From an uncultured virus (IMG/VR IMGVR_UViG_3300042731_005566) (Duplodnaviria > Heunggongvirae > Uroviricota > Caudoviricetes): a DNA stretch of 64,000 nucleotides. Below the pieces are notes generated by a model, which made no database searches, was not told the DNA's origin, and worked only from the letters and a program-made list of their open reading frames with translations. Every line of letters begins with the position of its first letter. Within the stretch, counting starts at the first letter, position 1. The position numbers and the translations under genes were made by a program. The stretch is from IMG/VR virus record IMGVR_UViG_3300042731_005566, one strand, 5' to 3'. Shown piece by piece: positions 9,689-19,230 of this stretch.

Positions 9689-9936
9689 CGGCCAAAGTCC
9701 GGTGGGGGCTGTCTGGGCAGCAGTGCTAACGCCGCCCGGAAATGCCCGCGGAGGTGCTCACACGCCGCCGTGTAGGCCTCTCGCCAGGCCCGGTCCCCGA
9801 CGTCGGCGACCTGGTAATAGGCCCTCAGCGCGTCCCTGACGGCCGCTGACGCGCCGATCCCGCGGAGCCGGGCATCCTCGCGGACCAGCGCGGCCAGCTC
9901 TTCGTCGAGTACGACATGGACCTTCACTGCGGACAT
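9685..9936 (-). CDS. Ribbon-helix-helix (CopG/Arc-like) regulator, copy 1
   Basis: VKVHVVLDEELAALVREDARLRGIGASAAVRDALR RHH pattern; paralog of 38603..38860; TG-TATGAT lies 7 nt before the ATG on the minus strand. Confidence 0.65.
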   Translation of the reverse strand: MSAVKVHVVLDEELAALVREDARLRGIGASAAVRDALRAYYQVADVGDRAWREAYTAACEHLRGHFRAALALLPRQPPPDFGR

Positions 9937-10023
9937 TCGCGCTATCATACAGTAATTACAGGCACTTTGCAGCATGGCGTTGTGTTGAATATCCAGGCCT
10001 CGTAGAGTGTCTTACAACGTGAG

Positions 10024-10035
10024 GCCCCGAGGGGC
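10024..10035 (+). promoter_or_regulatory. GCCCC-GA-GGGGC hairpin element (first of 15 copies)
   Basis: Copies at 10024, 10656, 13014, 13937, 38976, 40782, 41059, 42982, 45254, 49074, 49138, 51260, 51953 and variants at 54386 and 55855; all on the + strand, 13 of them 7-19 nt before a start codon. Confidence 0.75.
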
Positions 10036-10050
10036 GACGAGGAGTGGCAG

Positions 10051-10260
10051 ATGAGCAAAGCCGAGCCGAAGACCTGGAAGGAGCTGAAGGCGCAGGGCGT
10101 ACAGCGTTGCTGCGCAACGTTTACGGGAGGCAGGCAGTGTCGGCGTAGGGCTGTCGCCAACGGTTTCTGCCGGAAGCACCAGTGGGTCCACAAGACCGCG
10201 CACGACCTGAACAAGGCGGCGCTCGACTCCCTTGCGCTCGACGATGAAGAGGACAAGTGA
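10051..10260 (+). CDS. Small Cys/His protein (DUF5763-like zinc-binding pattern)
   Basis: RCCATFTGGRQCRRRAVANGFCRKH; GAGGAG RBS. Confidence 0.6.
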   Translation: MSKAEPKTWKELKAQGVQRCCATFTGGRQCRRRAVANGFCRKHQWVHKTAHDLNKAALDSLALDDEEDK

Positions 10261-10427
10261 TGAAGACCAGGAACAGGATCGAGCTGGAGGCACTGTCCAC
10301 GGCCCTCACTCAGTACATCGAGAACACCGCAGAGGACGAACTCGGTCACAACGACCAAGAGGAGCTACAGGCAATCAGATCCATGCTCGAACGGGTCAAC
10401 CTCGAACTCGTGAGAGTTTGGTGCTGA
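10260..10427 (+). CDS. Small hypothetical protein (55 aa; not in supplied ORF track)
   Basis: TGATG overlap with the previous gene; MKTRNRIELEALSTALTQYIE...VWC. Confidence 0.5.
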   Translation: MKTRNRIELEALSTALTQYIENTAEDELGHNDQEELQAIRSMLERVNLELVRVWC

Positions 10428-10442
10428 AGAAGATAATAAACG

Positions 10443-10649
10443 ATGCCACGGCAACACTGCGATAGCACCTGCTGGCACTGCGCAAGGCACTTCTTCGCCT
10501 GGCTGCGTGACCGCAATCGGCGCCCCAAGGACGGCCGGAGCGGCCCAGGCGACTTCTACGTCGAGGCTATCGCGAGCCGGCGCATCGCCGAGCTGGCTGA
10601 TGAGGCGGCTGCACTGGAGATTTTCGAGCGTCAGAGCAGTGTGCGATAA
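10443..10649 (+). CDS. Hypothetical protein
   Basis: 68-aa ORF in the co-oriented block. Confidence 0.5.
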   Translation: MPRQHCDSTCWHCARHFFAWLRDRNRRPKDGRSGPGDFYVEAIASRRIAELADEAAALEIFERQSSVR

Positions 10650-10679
10650 CAAGCGGCCCCGAGGGGCGATGGAGGAAAC

Positions 10680-11780
10680 TTGTCCAAGTATCTCATTCCC
10701 GTGTTGAACTACACACAAGCAGCCGCCGCGGTGGCCGCTGCCCTTCGCGCGAGGCGAACCGCACTGCTGCTAGGTTCGCCAGGCGTTGGCAAAACGGCCC
10801 TCGTGCGTGATGCTGCGGCCGCCATTGGGTTGCCTTGCCACGATCTGATCGCGTCCAACATGGACCCGACAGACGTCGCGGGGCTGCCATACCGCGATCT
10901 ACAGTCGGGTCGGGTGCTGCGCGAGCTGTTTCCCGAGATTCGGGCCGTCGTGGACGCTGCGGGTGTCTTATTCATCGACGAGGCGACCGCGATGCCGAAA
11001 TCGGTCGAGGGCCCGATGCTACGTGTTGCGATGGAACGCAACGCAGGCGGCACGCCGTTGCACCCGGGCAGCCCCGTAGTACTCGCGTGCAACCCGCCGG
11101 AACAGGCACCGGGCGGCATCGAGCTGTCGGCGGCATTCATCAACCGGATCGTGCTGCTTCGCTATCAGCCCTCATTCGCGGAAGTGCAGTCCTACTTCAA
11201 CGGTGAGGCGGTTCACGCTTCTCCCGTAGTGCTCGACGAGGACGCCTTCCAGGCCGCATGCGTTGCGGAGTTCGCTGACTTCGCCGCGACGCTTTCCCAC
11301 GCTACTGATCTGCTCGTTTATGATCCGCCGCGTGCAAGCGTTGATCAGGGCGAGCCGTGGGCATCCCCTCGCGGCTGGGAGATCGGCCTCTCCTGCCTGG
11401 CAGCGCATGGCGGTAAAGAGGATGACGTTGGCTACGCGCTCCTGACAGGTGCCGTAGGACCGTCCGCTGCTGGCGCGTACCTGGCAATTCGCAAGCTCCG
11501 TCTGCACCTGCCATCCATCGATGAGATCGCGGCCAACCCAACCAAGGCACGGCTGCCCGAATCGCTCGATCAGCAGATCGCTGCCCTGGGTCTCCTGGCC
11601 CGAGTCGCGCAGACCGATGTCTGGGCCGCGTGGACCTACGCGGGCCGGCTGCGGAAAGAGATTGGAGCTGCCTGCGGACGGTTCCTAATGAACAAGGTGC
11701 CGCAGGCCTCTAAGTTCGCCACCGTCGGGCGCAAAGCCCAAATCCAACTGCTGGCAAGAGTGCAGCGTGGGGCAGCATGA
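10680..11780 (+). CDS. MoxR-like AAA+ ATPase
   Basis: Walker A GSPGVGKT, DPTDVAGLP, Walker B LFIDE, ACN sensor and SPRGWE; GGAGG RBS with TTG start. Confidence 0.85.
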   Translation: MSKYLIPVLNYTQAAAAVAAALRARRTALLLGSPGVGKTALVRDAAAAIGLPCHDLIASNMDPTDVAGLPYRDLQSGRVLRELFPEIRAVVDAAGVLFIDEATAMPKSVEGPMLRVAMERNAGGTPLHPGSPVVLACNPPEQAPGGIELSAAFINRIVLLRYQPSFAEVQSYFNGEAVHASPVVLDEDAFQAACVAEFADFAATLSHATDLLVYDPPRASVDQGEPWASPRGWEIGLSCLAAHGGKEDDVGYALLTGAVGPSAAGAYLAIRKLRLHLPSIDEIAANPTKARLPESLDQQIAALGLLARVAQTDVWAAWTYAGRLRKEIGAACGRFLMNKVPQASKFATVGRKAQIQLLARVQRGAA

Positions 11781-13009
11781 CATCAGCGACCAGACAGCTC
11801 ATCCAGCGTGCCCGAGGGCTTTTGTTGGGCCTTGGTTGGCGACACCCATTCTTTGCTCTACCCGGTGCGAAGATCTACCTGCGTGTGTCCATCCACATCC
11901 AGACTGCTTGTGCTGACGTACGTGGATGCGTGTACCTCAATCCGAGTTTCTGCGATCAGCTCTCGGACAAGCAGCTTACCTTCGTTCTGGCGCACGAGAT
12001 CATGCATCTGCTGCTGTTTCACTTTGGGCGGCGAATGAACCGCAAGCCGTTCCGCTGGAATCGTGCCGCGGATCGCGCAATCAACTTCGGTCTCGTGCAA
12101 ATAGGGCTGGAAATGCCGCCCATGGGGTTACTTCCCACCGACCCGGCGCATAACGAGTACACAACAGAAGAACTCTACGAGGTCGAGGAAGAACAGCCAG
12201 GCGATGACGGTCAAGCCTCGCTGGGCAAGATGCCCGGAGCAACCGGTGGTTGTGGCGTGCTTCCACCTCAGGGTGGTGATGGCGATGGTGATGACGATGG
12301 CGCCGAGGGTGAAGCACCAGAAGACGGCGCGGCGTTTCCCTCCACAGCTGAGTCAGCACGGACCTGGCGGCAGCTTGCTCACAGCGCTGAGCAGAACGCG
12401 CGCTCGGCAGGCGACTGCTCTGGAGATCTGCTTGCACGCGTGCTCCGCGTTCCACCATCCAAAGTGGCGTGGACTGCGGTGCTACGCAACGCATGTGCAC
12501 GTGCAATCGCTGAACGCGGCAACGACGACGTTAGTTGGCAGCGACGCAACCGGCGGTCGTTCGCGGGCGACTTCATTCTCCCAGGTGGAATCACGTCCAA
12601 GGCACTCGTCGCTGTGGCGGTAGACACCAGCGGTTCTGTCTCTGACGAAGACCTCGAACAAGCACTCAGCGAGGTGGAAGCAATCAGCCGTGCGACGGGT
12701 GTGGCCATATTTCTGGTCACACACGACGCGGAGGTGCACTTCGCCGACTGGATCCGTCCCGGCACACGACGAGCTGCTCTCGCCAAGACTCTGATCGGTC
12801 GCGGCGGAACGCTATACACGCCTGCGTACGCGGCCATCGAGAGCGCCAGCAAGAAGTTCGACTACGCGATCCATCTGACAGACGGTATGCCGTGTGAGAC
12901 GTGGCCTGAACGGCCGCGCAACTGCCGTAAGCTGACCGTCGCCTTGATCGGTTACGCGAGCAGAAAAGAAATTCCTGAGTTCGCTGATGTCATCGAGATA
13001 GAAATCTGA
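11777..13009 (+). CDS. DUF2201-type metallopeptidase plus VWA domain protein
   Basis: HEIMH zincin motif, WNRAADRAIN, MIDAS DTSGS, GRGGT and TDG; typical partner of phage MoxR ATPases. Confidence 0.85.
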   Translation: MTSATRQLIQRARGLLLGLGWRHPFFALPGAKIYLRVSIHIQTACADVRGCVYLNPSFCDQLSDKQLTFVLAHEIMHLLLFHFGRRMNRKPFRWNRAADRAINFGLVQIGLEMPPMGLLPTDPAHNEYTTEELYEVEEEQPGDDGQASLGKMPGATGGCGVLPPQGGDGDGDDDGAEGEAPEDGAAFPSTAESARTWRQLAHSAEQNARSAGDCSGDLLARVLRVPPSKVAWTAVLRNACARAIAERGNDDVSWQRRNRRSFAGDFILPGGITSKALVAVAVDTSGSVSDEDLEQALSEVEAISRATGVAIFLVTHDAEVHFADWIRPGTRRAALAKTLIGRGGTLYTPAYAAIESASKKFDYAIHLTDGMPCETWPERPRNCRKLTVALIGYASRKEIPEFADVIEIEI

Positions 13010-13033
13010 AACGTCCCCGAGGGGAGAATAGAC

Positions 13034-13933
13034 ATGGGTTACAAAGCACGCACCAACAAGAAGGGCAACAAAGCAGGCAAAGCCAACAAGGCCAAGAAGC
13101 TACAACACGTAGAGCGCGCACCTTCGCGGGGCGCGCCACCGATCAAGATCCAGCCCGGGTATCTCGTGGTCTCGACGAGCAAAGTGACTGGCGGAATCAG
13201 TTACGACCGCGAGTACGGTGAGGAGCTGAGAATCAACGAGAACCAGGGTGTGCAGATCTCGCTGCATACAGTCAAGACCGTGGATCATGTCGAGATCGCG
13301 GCCGCGCTCGACGCGCTGAAAAAGAAGGCGGACTACGCTTTCAAAAAGCACTGTGCACACAGCGCATTCAACTGGTGGTACGCGGACGACGTCTCACTCA
13401 AAGCTCTGGAAAAGGAGATCGCCGAGCTACAACGCGAGGAACGTGTGCTCAATGCCGCAGCAAAGGCTGTAGGTTCGGCACGCCGCGCCCATATCGGGAT
13501 CATCGCCGGAAAGATCGATGTGGCGACACCGCTTGTCGCGGCTGAGATAGCGCGTACGATTTGTGACGTGCTTTCGGACGTGATTGCAGCGTTTCGTACA
13601 GGGCAAGTCAAACGCGTCCTCGATGACGACGGCAAGGTGATTCAACAGAACGCGCTACACGCGCCGTTGCTACGTTGCAAGAACCTAGACCGCCTTGCAG
13701 TCGGGACCGCCGGAGAAGCCGTGAAGATCGCGTTGCAGCACGTGCCGCATGTCCGAGCTGAGATCATCGAAGCCATCGAGAAAGATGGTATGGAGCCTGC
13801 TGAAGCAGGTGCACGCGTCGATCTCGAACCGTTCGAGAACGCTATCACATGGTTTGAGGAGGGCAGTATCGGCACCGATCTGGTAAGCCCTGATGAGGTT
13901 GCCGCCGCGTTGCAAGATGCGATGAAAGGTTAG
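13034..13933 (+). CDS. Hypothetical protein following the AAA/VWA pair
   Basis: 299 aa with Lys-rich N-terminus; preceded by the hairpin element. Confidence 0.6.
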   Translation: MGYKARTNKKGNKAGKANKAKKLQHVERAPSRGAPPIKIQPGYLVVSTSKVTGGISYDREYGEELRINENQGVQISLHTVKTVDHVEIAAALDALKKKADYAFKKHCAHSAFNWWYADDVSLKALEKEIAELQREERVLNAAAKAVGSARRAHIGIIAGKIDVATPLVAAEIARTICDVLSDVIAAFRTGQVKRVLDDDGKVIQQNALHAPLLRCKNLDRLAVGTAGEAVKIALQHVPHVRAEIIEAIEKDGMEPAEAGARVDLEPFENAITWFEEGSIGTDLVSPDEVAAALQDAMKG

Positions 13934-13955
13934 TCGTCCCCGAGGGGAGCGTGCC

Positions 13956-14681
13956 ATGAAGCCATTTGAGGAAGTTGAAGTCCGTGTTCGATGCCAGCAC
14001 AAGGTGCACTACATTCGGTTGCAGAAATCTGGTCGGTTGACGTTGTGTGATCACGAGGAGTCTGTAGCTACCCTGATCGACGCAGCGAAGGCTGCCAGAA
14101 CGATTGGTAGCAACCTGGTTCGTTGCGGTGAGGTAGCTGCTGCCTGGCGTGTAGGAGATTATCGTCGGCTGCCTGACCCATTGCGCCAACCGTGTCAGCA
14201 GGCGTTTCAGCGTGCTCTGGATCGGCAAGCTATCGCGTATATGCCCGCACCGCGGACTCTCCACGAACGGTTGGTTGGTCGAACACGCGCTGCTGCGATG
14301 TATGTTCTCCAACACCGCGCGGAGTACAGGCGAGCGCAGAGTAGCTGGGTCGGCGGTGAACACGCCATAGACGTGACTGTAGGCCCGACCGTGAGCGCGG
14401 AAGGGGGCAGTGAAAAGGTCTGGCACGCCAAGCATACGTGGTCAGGCACGAACAGCCACCTACGAGTCTGTGTCCGCCGTGATTGGCTGTTCCAGGTCTT
14501 CGATAGAGGCTTGGCGAACATCGACGGGGTTTTTGTCCTCGACGTGTTGGACGCCGAACAGCCGAACGCAATCGAGGTCGTAGCCGTACGACAAAGTCGC
14601 GGATTCTCGGTGCGAGCTGCGAACGCTGTGATCCGTACGCAGCCAGACGGTCAACGGAAGCTGCATTGGAGGCGTGCATGA
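13956..14681 (+). CDS. Hypothetical protein
   Basis: 241 aa; preceded by the hairpin element. Confidence 0.6.
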   Translation: MKPFEEVEVRVRCQHKVHYIRLQKSGRLTLCDHEESVATLIDAAKAARTIGSNLVRCGEVAAAWRVGDYRRLPDPLRQPCQQAFQRALDRQAIAYMPAPRTLHERLVGRTRAAAMYVLQHRAEYRRAQSSWVGGEHAIDVTVGPTVSAEGGSEKVWHAKHTWSGTNSHLRVCVRRDWLFQVFDRGLANIDGVFVLDVLDAEQPNAIEVVAVRQSRGFSVRAANAVIRTQPDGQRKLHWRRA

Positions 14682-15040
14682 CTGATCGCAAGTTGGTAAT
14701 CGCTGCGTTGGCTACCACAATTGCCATCGCATCAGTAAGCGCGGTCGGGGTGGTCCTCGTGTATCAACAAAACGTCCAGCTCCAACAGAAGCTGCGTAGT
14801 GAGGCACATGAACGCGCTGACGCGAACGCTGTCTATGAGTTGGCGTGGCGTCAGCTGCTAGGGGTGCAGTTCCTGCTGATGGACTTGAAGGGAGACGTGG
14901 AGAGGGTGTGCAAACAGCACGACCCGGACGAGGTCGAGATACTCCTGCGTGCGCTCAAAGTGGCCGCGTTTCACACACAGAACTGTGACTTCGCCGAACT
15001 GGCTACAAGACAACAAGCCGTGGACGGGAGCACACCATGA
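14678..15040 (+). CDS. Membrane-anchored coiled-coil protein
   Basis: GGAGG RBS; N-terminal hydrophobic helix LVIAALATTIAIASVSAVGVVLVY. Confidence 0.6.
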   Translation: MTDRKLVIAALATTIAIASVSAVGVVLVYQQNVQLQQKLRSEAHERADANAVYELAWRQLLGVQFLLMDLKGDVERVCKQHDPDEVEILLRALKVAAFHTQNCDFAELATRQQAVDGSTP

Positions 15041-16329
15041 GCCGCGAACGAGACCGCCGCGCGCCAGGGGCACTACCCCATGCGACACCGCAACGTGGTG
15101 GCGGATCACCCGGCAAGCGTACGCGCGTGCAGGCGCGTTACGGCAACGTTCCACCACCAATGCTGCCGCGACCTGAGATCGCGCAAGCAACCGTTCGAGC
15201 GCAATCCTGGGACGGCGAGCCCAAAGACATCTCGAATCTTCGCGAGGGGGACCTCGTGGACGTCACACTGCAACTCGATAGCCCTGACTGGCGTGATATG
15301 TACGTGACGCCTTACGTTGTCGGTGCGAGTCCCGTACTCGAATCCATCGAGCACATGGCTCCCTGGGAGGGAACGCGTGACACGTACCACTTCGCGTTGC
15401 GCGCCACAGGAAAGCTGGGCACGGTTACCCCAAAAGCCGTGCTTGCGTTCAGCGGCACCGACGAAGACACCGAGTACGAGTTCATGGCCAGCTGCACGAT
15501 GGACCTAGCTCAGTTCGAGGATCAATGCCATGTCGCCTCAGAACACGCTATGCTGGCGTTCCATCGCATGGCTGAAATTCTGACCGCCGAGGGCGCAGCG
15601 TATTTCAAGGCGTACAAGCAATTCGAGACTGTGTTGGAGACGCCGCCTGATGACTCTCTGGCGGAAACGCTGCTGCTTGCCGCGCTCACACTGCTAGCCG
15701 GTGCTGGCGGTAGCACGGTTGGAAGTCTCCTCAAAGGTGGCAGCAAAGAGATTGGCCGCGTGGCGTTCGCGGACAGCATGAAGGACCTGGTGAAGTTCAG
15801 CATCAAGAAAGGCGCGGGCGATCTTGGTAGTGAGCCGCCGTCGCTAGAAGGGGGTCCCGCAGAGCCCTTCCAGTGGTATATGCACATGTCCGGTCAGCTG
15901 CACGGTCAAATGCAGTTCGTGCAGGAGGTCATCGACAGTTGGCGGCGTTCGGTTCGAGCGCATCGAATGCTCGCGGACTTCGATCCCGCGGTCGTCATTC
16001 AAACGCATTTGCAGTTTGACGGCGCACCTATGACTACTCGTCCGATGCCGGACGTGGCGCAGCTTGAACGCAGTTTCGAGCTTGCGATCTGGCAAGCGTG
16101 GTTGACTGACTATGGGTATGTCCTCGCGCGCTCTCCAGTATACGTTCCGCAGACCGGTCGTGGGGCGCTCACAGTGCAACAGAACTTCAACGACGCTGTC
16201 ATCGAGCGCTTGGACGCCCTGGGTGTTGATGGCGCTGCTTGGGTCGTACGCTTCAGTGGCCACGCGAAGGCTGCCGTAGAAAAGACGTTGAAGAAACGCA
16301 GCCTGGAAGAATACGAAAACAACCGTTGA
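15037..16329 (+). CDS. Hypothetical protein with disordered PGKRT N-terminus and a central hydrophobic helix (effector-like)
   Basis: 430 aa; SPGKRTRVQARYG near the N-terminus; LLLAALTLLAGAGGSTVGSLL helix. Confidence 0.55.
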   Translation: MSRERDRRAPGALPHATPQRGGGSPGKRTRVQARYGNVPPPMLPRPEIAQATVRAQSWDGEPKDISNLREGDLVDVTLQLDSPDWRDMYVTPYVVGASPVLESIEHMAPWEGTRDTYHFALRATGKLGTVTPKAVLAFSGTDEDTEYEFMASCTMDLAQFEDQCHVASEHAMLAFHRMAEILTAEGAAYFKAYKQFETVLETPPDDSLAETLLLAALTLLAGAGGSTVGSLLKGGSKEIGRVAFADSMKDLVKFSIKKGAGDLGSEPPSLEGGPAEPFQWYMHMSGQLHGQMQFVQEVIDSWRRSVRAHRMLADFDPAVVIQTHLQFDGAPMTTRPMPDVAQLERSFELAIWQAWLTDYGYVLARSPVYVPQTGRGALTVQQNFNDAVIERLDALGVDGAAWVVRFSGHAKAAVEKTLKKRSLEEYENNR

Positions 16330-16338
16330 GAGGTTGAC

Positions 16339-16659
16339 ATGTTCGAGAAAGACTTCGACGCGCTGAACTGGAATGACAACGACTGGCCAACGATCTTCTA
16401 CGAGATCGCTGAGGCTGTCGATGACGTCACAGCCAAAGACGTCCGTGATGCTGTTCTCGCGGCGTTCACTGCTTGTCCAGACAACGTATCACCGGAACAG
16501 CGGCGCCAGGCTTATCGAAGCCTGCTACGCTACATCGTCGAAGACTACGCAAAGGTTGCCGGCGTAGATGCGGACCTGGCGTGTGATGCCCTCGTAGGTG
16601 CTGCACAGGCCAGCGAACCAATCAAACAAGAAGTGATTCGGCGACGAGTCATTACGTAA
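16339..16659 (+). CDS. Small acidic hypothetical protein
   Basis: GAGG RBS; immediately follows the effector-like gene. Confidence 0.6.
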   Translation: MFEKDFDALNWNDNDWPTIFYEIAEAVDDVTAKDVRDAVLAAFTACPDNVSPEQRRQAYRSLLRYIVEDYAKVAGVDADLACDALVGAAQASEPIKQEVIRRRVIT

Positions 16660-16749
16660 ATCGACATGTCAAAGGAATCTAGTATGATGGCCGCGCACAC
16701 ACAAAACCTCTGGGCGTTGACTAACGCCTACAAATCTCGGGGAGAGCCG

Positions 16750-17274
16750 ATGAACAAACAGATCACTCTTGAGGAGCTTTTGGACGAGATCGCGGCAGCG
16801 ACACGCAGCGCTGAGCACTCACAAGACAGCGCTGATGATGTCATCCGAGCGATACGCGCTCTTGAACGAGCACTGCAAGAAAAGCTCGACGGCAACACGT
16901 TGCGTGGACTGAAGAACCTCGGGCACAGCCGAGATCCTCTCTACGGGGCCCGTATCCGAGGTCAGTCAGACGCCCGCGTGAAATGGCCTGACCGAGAAAA
17001 CGCGATGAGCGAAGCGCTCTTCCTGTCTCCTCAAGGGATACTTCGGGTCGCAGCTTGCCGCACTGACGAACATGGTGACATGTTCGACCTCGAAGTACGT
17101 GATGCGGTAGACGACGACTTCGTCATCGAAGACCTGGCCGACTTCCTCAAGACGCTGATCGACGTAGGCCCTCGGACGGTTACCTACGCGACCAAGGCCC
17201 GTGAGCGGTACGCGGGCATTCGTGAGCTGGCCATCAACGCGATGCGACTTCTCACTGGCGGCACCCATGAATGA
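16750..17274 (+). CDS. Hypothetical protein
   Basis: GGGGAG RBS before ATG 16750; TCGACA-16 nt-TATGAT promoter-like site at about 16661-16688. Confidence 0.6.
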   Translation: MNKQITLEELLDEIAAATRSAEHSQDSADDVIRAIRALERALQEKLDGNTLRGLKNLGHSRDPLYGARIRGQSDARVKWPDRENAMSEALFLSPQGILRVAACRTDEHGDMFDLEVRDAVDDDFVIEDLADFLKTLIDVGPRTVTYATKARERYAGIRELAINAMRLLTGGTHE

Positions 17275-17569
17275 TACACGTGAGAAGGCACGGGTAGCAC
17301 ACGCAGAAGCGCTGGATGCACTTCAGAAGTGGTCTACTGCGAACGAAAAGCGTATGCAGCTAGCAGCTCAAGTAGCGCAAGCGGAGACGTTGAATACCAG
17401 TAACGCGAACATCGCCACGATCTATCAGCAGCTGTGTGATGAGGAGATGTTATGCGCGGGATGGGCTATCGTCGCCATGGCCAAAGCACAGCAGCTAACG
17501 ATGCAAGCCTACGATGAGTTGGCCCCCGAACCGCTTTTGTCAGTCTCGCATGGTACTACCGAGGAATGA
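17267..17569 (+). CDS. Hypothetical helical protein
   Basis: Coupled overlaps with neighbours. Confidence 0.55.
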   Translation: MNDTREKARVAHAEALDALQKWSTANEKRMQLAAQVAQAETLNTSNANIATIYQQLCDEEMLCAGWAIVAMAKAQQLTMQAYDELAPEPLLSVSHGTTEE

Positions 17570-18555
17570 CTGATTCACCAAAGCTGGCTGCGGACTCCGG
17601 TGACGTAGACTCCAACGACCCCGAAGTCGTGCTTGTCGATGGACGTAAACTCACGTTCGAGAACCTGACACCACGTCAGTCTTGGGCAGCTTTGGCACGG
17701 GTTCATCTACAACAAGCCAATTTCCAGCGACGTAACTACGCTGGCTTCGAGCTAGCGGGACTCGACTTACGACACTCAAACTTGGCCGCGTGCGACTTCG
17801 CAGGTGCGAATCTTAGTGCCGTGAATCTAGACAACGCAAATCTCGACAGCGCGCTTTTCGTCAGCGCGAAAATGCAGGCCGCTGAGTTGGGTACGACGAA
17901 TCTCCCTGACACCGACTTCAGCAGCGCGGATCTACGTGGTGCAACATTCATTAACTGCAACGCGTTCGGTGCAATATTCGACAAGGCCAAGCTACGCAAG
18001 GCGAAATTCACGCATAAGTCACGTTTCGCCTTCACGTCGTTTGAGTATGCGGATCTGCGTTACGCGGAGCTGAACGAAGTCGATTTCTCCGGTGCGTGCT
18101 TGGACAACGCAGACCTGAGTCATGCAGTAATCAAGGAAGCAGACTTCACCGGCGCCTCACTGTGTGGCGCCAAGCTGCACCACACAGTACTGGGGAATGC
18201 AATCTTCGCGAATGCAGACCTCTCCAACGTAGACTTCGACTTTCTTTCACGCCTGTCGGTTGGTGCGTACTCCGACTTCACTGGGATGAAACTCAACGGC
18301 GCGCGAAACGTCCCCGAGGATTTTCATCAATGGGGGGTGCTGAACGAGTTGCAGCCGCTACTTCGACGTGTACCCCAGCCGCTACTTCGCACTAGCGAGG
18401 TTGGTCTCGATCACGTAACGACAGGCTTACGCAAGCTGTGGCTCGACCGTGCTGTCAGCGGCGTGGATTTCTTGCTCGAACCCTTAGATGAGCTGATGGA
18501 CGCAGCTTACGCGATAGCGATTGCAATCGCGCCGAAGAATAAATCCAGGTTCTAA
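17566..18555 (+). CDS. Pentapeptide-repeat protein
   Basis: Long run of A(D/N)LxxAxF/L five-residue repeats (e.g. AGANLSAVNLDNANLDSALF). Confidence 0.9.
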   Translation: MTDSPKLAADSGDVDSNDPEVVLVDGRKLTFENLTPRQSWAALARVHLQQANFQRRNYAGFELAGLDLRHSNLAACDFAGANLSAVNLDNANLDSALFVSAKMQAAELGTTNLPDTDFSSADLRGATFINCNAFGAIFDKAKLRKAKFTHKSRFAFTSFEYADLRYAELNEVDFSGACLDNADLSHAVIKEADFTGASLCGAKLHHTVLGNAIFANADLSNVDFDFLSRLSVGAYSDFTGMKLNGARNVPEDFHQWGVLNELQPLLRRVPQPLLRTSEVGLDHVTTGLRKLWLDRAVSGVDFLLEPLDELMDAAYAIAIAIAPKNKSRF

Positions 18556-18557
18556 GT

Positions 18558-19226
18558 ATGAAGAAACCAAGCAACAACCGCGCGCATCCGTCCTACGGAA
18601 TGATCTCGTGCGCTCGCTGTAACGGGCGTAGTGGCCGGCTGTTCGGCAGCTCGATCAAAGACCACCATGCGACCGTTCGGCTGACGATCAGCGAGGGCGA
18701 GGTCCACTTCGATCTGAGCAAGGAGTGGTACCACTCGACTGACCAGTACATCGAGGTCGAGATGTCAGCAGTTCAGTTTGCTGAGATGCTCACGTCACTG
18801 AACTACGGCAACGGCGTGCCGTGCACGATTCGGTTCGTGCGCGGTACGGACCGTATCGAGGATCCTCCCGATGACGAGACGGAGGTCGAGCGCGTCCACA
18901 ACGGTTTCGAGGAGTACACCCAGGAGATCAGCGACCGCTACAAGAAGCTGACTGACGTTGTCGCGAAGGCCCTCAAACGTAGCTCGAAGAAGACCTGCGA
19001 AGAGGTCGAGAAGGCGGTCCAACTCCTTCACCAGGCCATCGTGGCCGACATGCCGTTCGCGGTTACGCAGTTTCAGCGGGCGACCGACAAGGTGGTTGCA
19101 GCCGCAAAAGCTGAGGTCGAGGCGTTCATCCAGAACGCGATCAACAAGACCGGCCTTCACGCACTGAACCACCCCGAGGCCCGCGCGATGCTCGAAGGCC
19201 ACGAGGAGAAAAACATCGAGGAATAG
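18558..19226 (+). CDS. Conserved phage hypothetical protein
   Basis: HPSYGMI..R...LFGSSI, IEVEMSAVQFAEMLTSLNYGNGVPCTI; strong coding bias. Confidence 0.7.
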   Translation: MKKPSNNRAHPSYGMISCARCNGRSGRLFGSSIKDHHATVRLTISEGEVHFDLSKEWYHSTDQYIEVEMSAVQFAEMLTSLNYGNGVPCTIRFVRGTDRIEDPPDDETEVERVHNGFEEYTQEISDRYKKLTDVVAKALKRSSKKTCEEVEKAVQLLHQAIVADMPFAVTQFQRATDKVVAAAKAEVEAFIQNAINKTGLHALNHPEARAMLEGHEEKNIEE

Positions 19227-19230
19227 CCTG

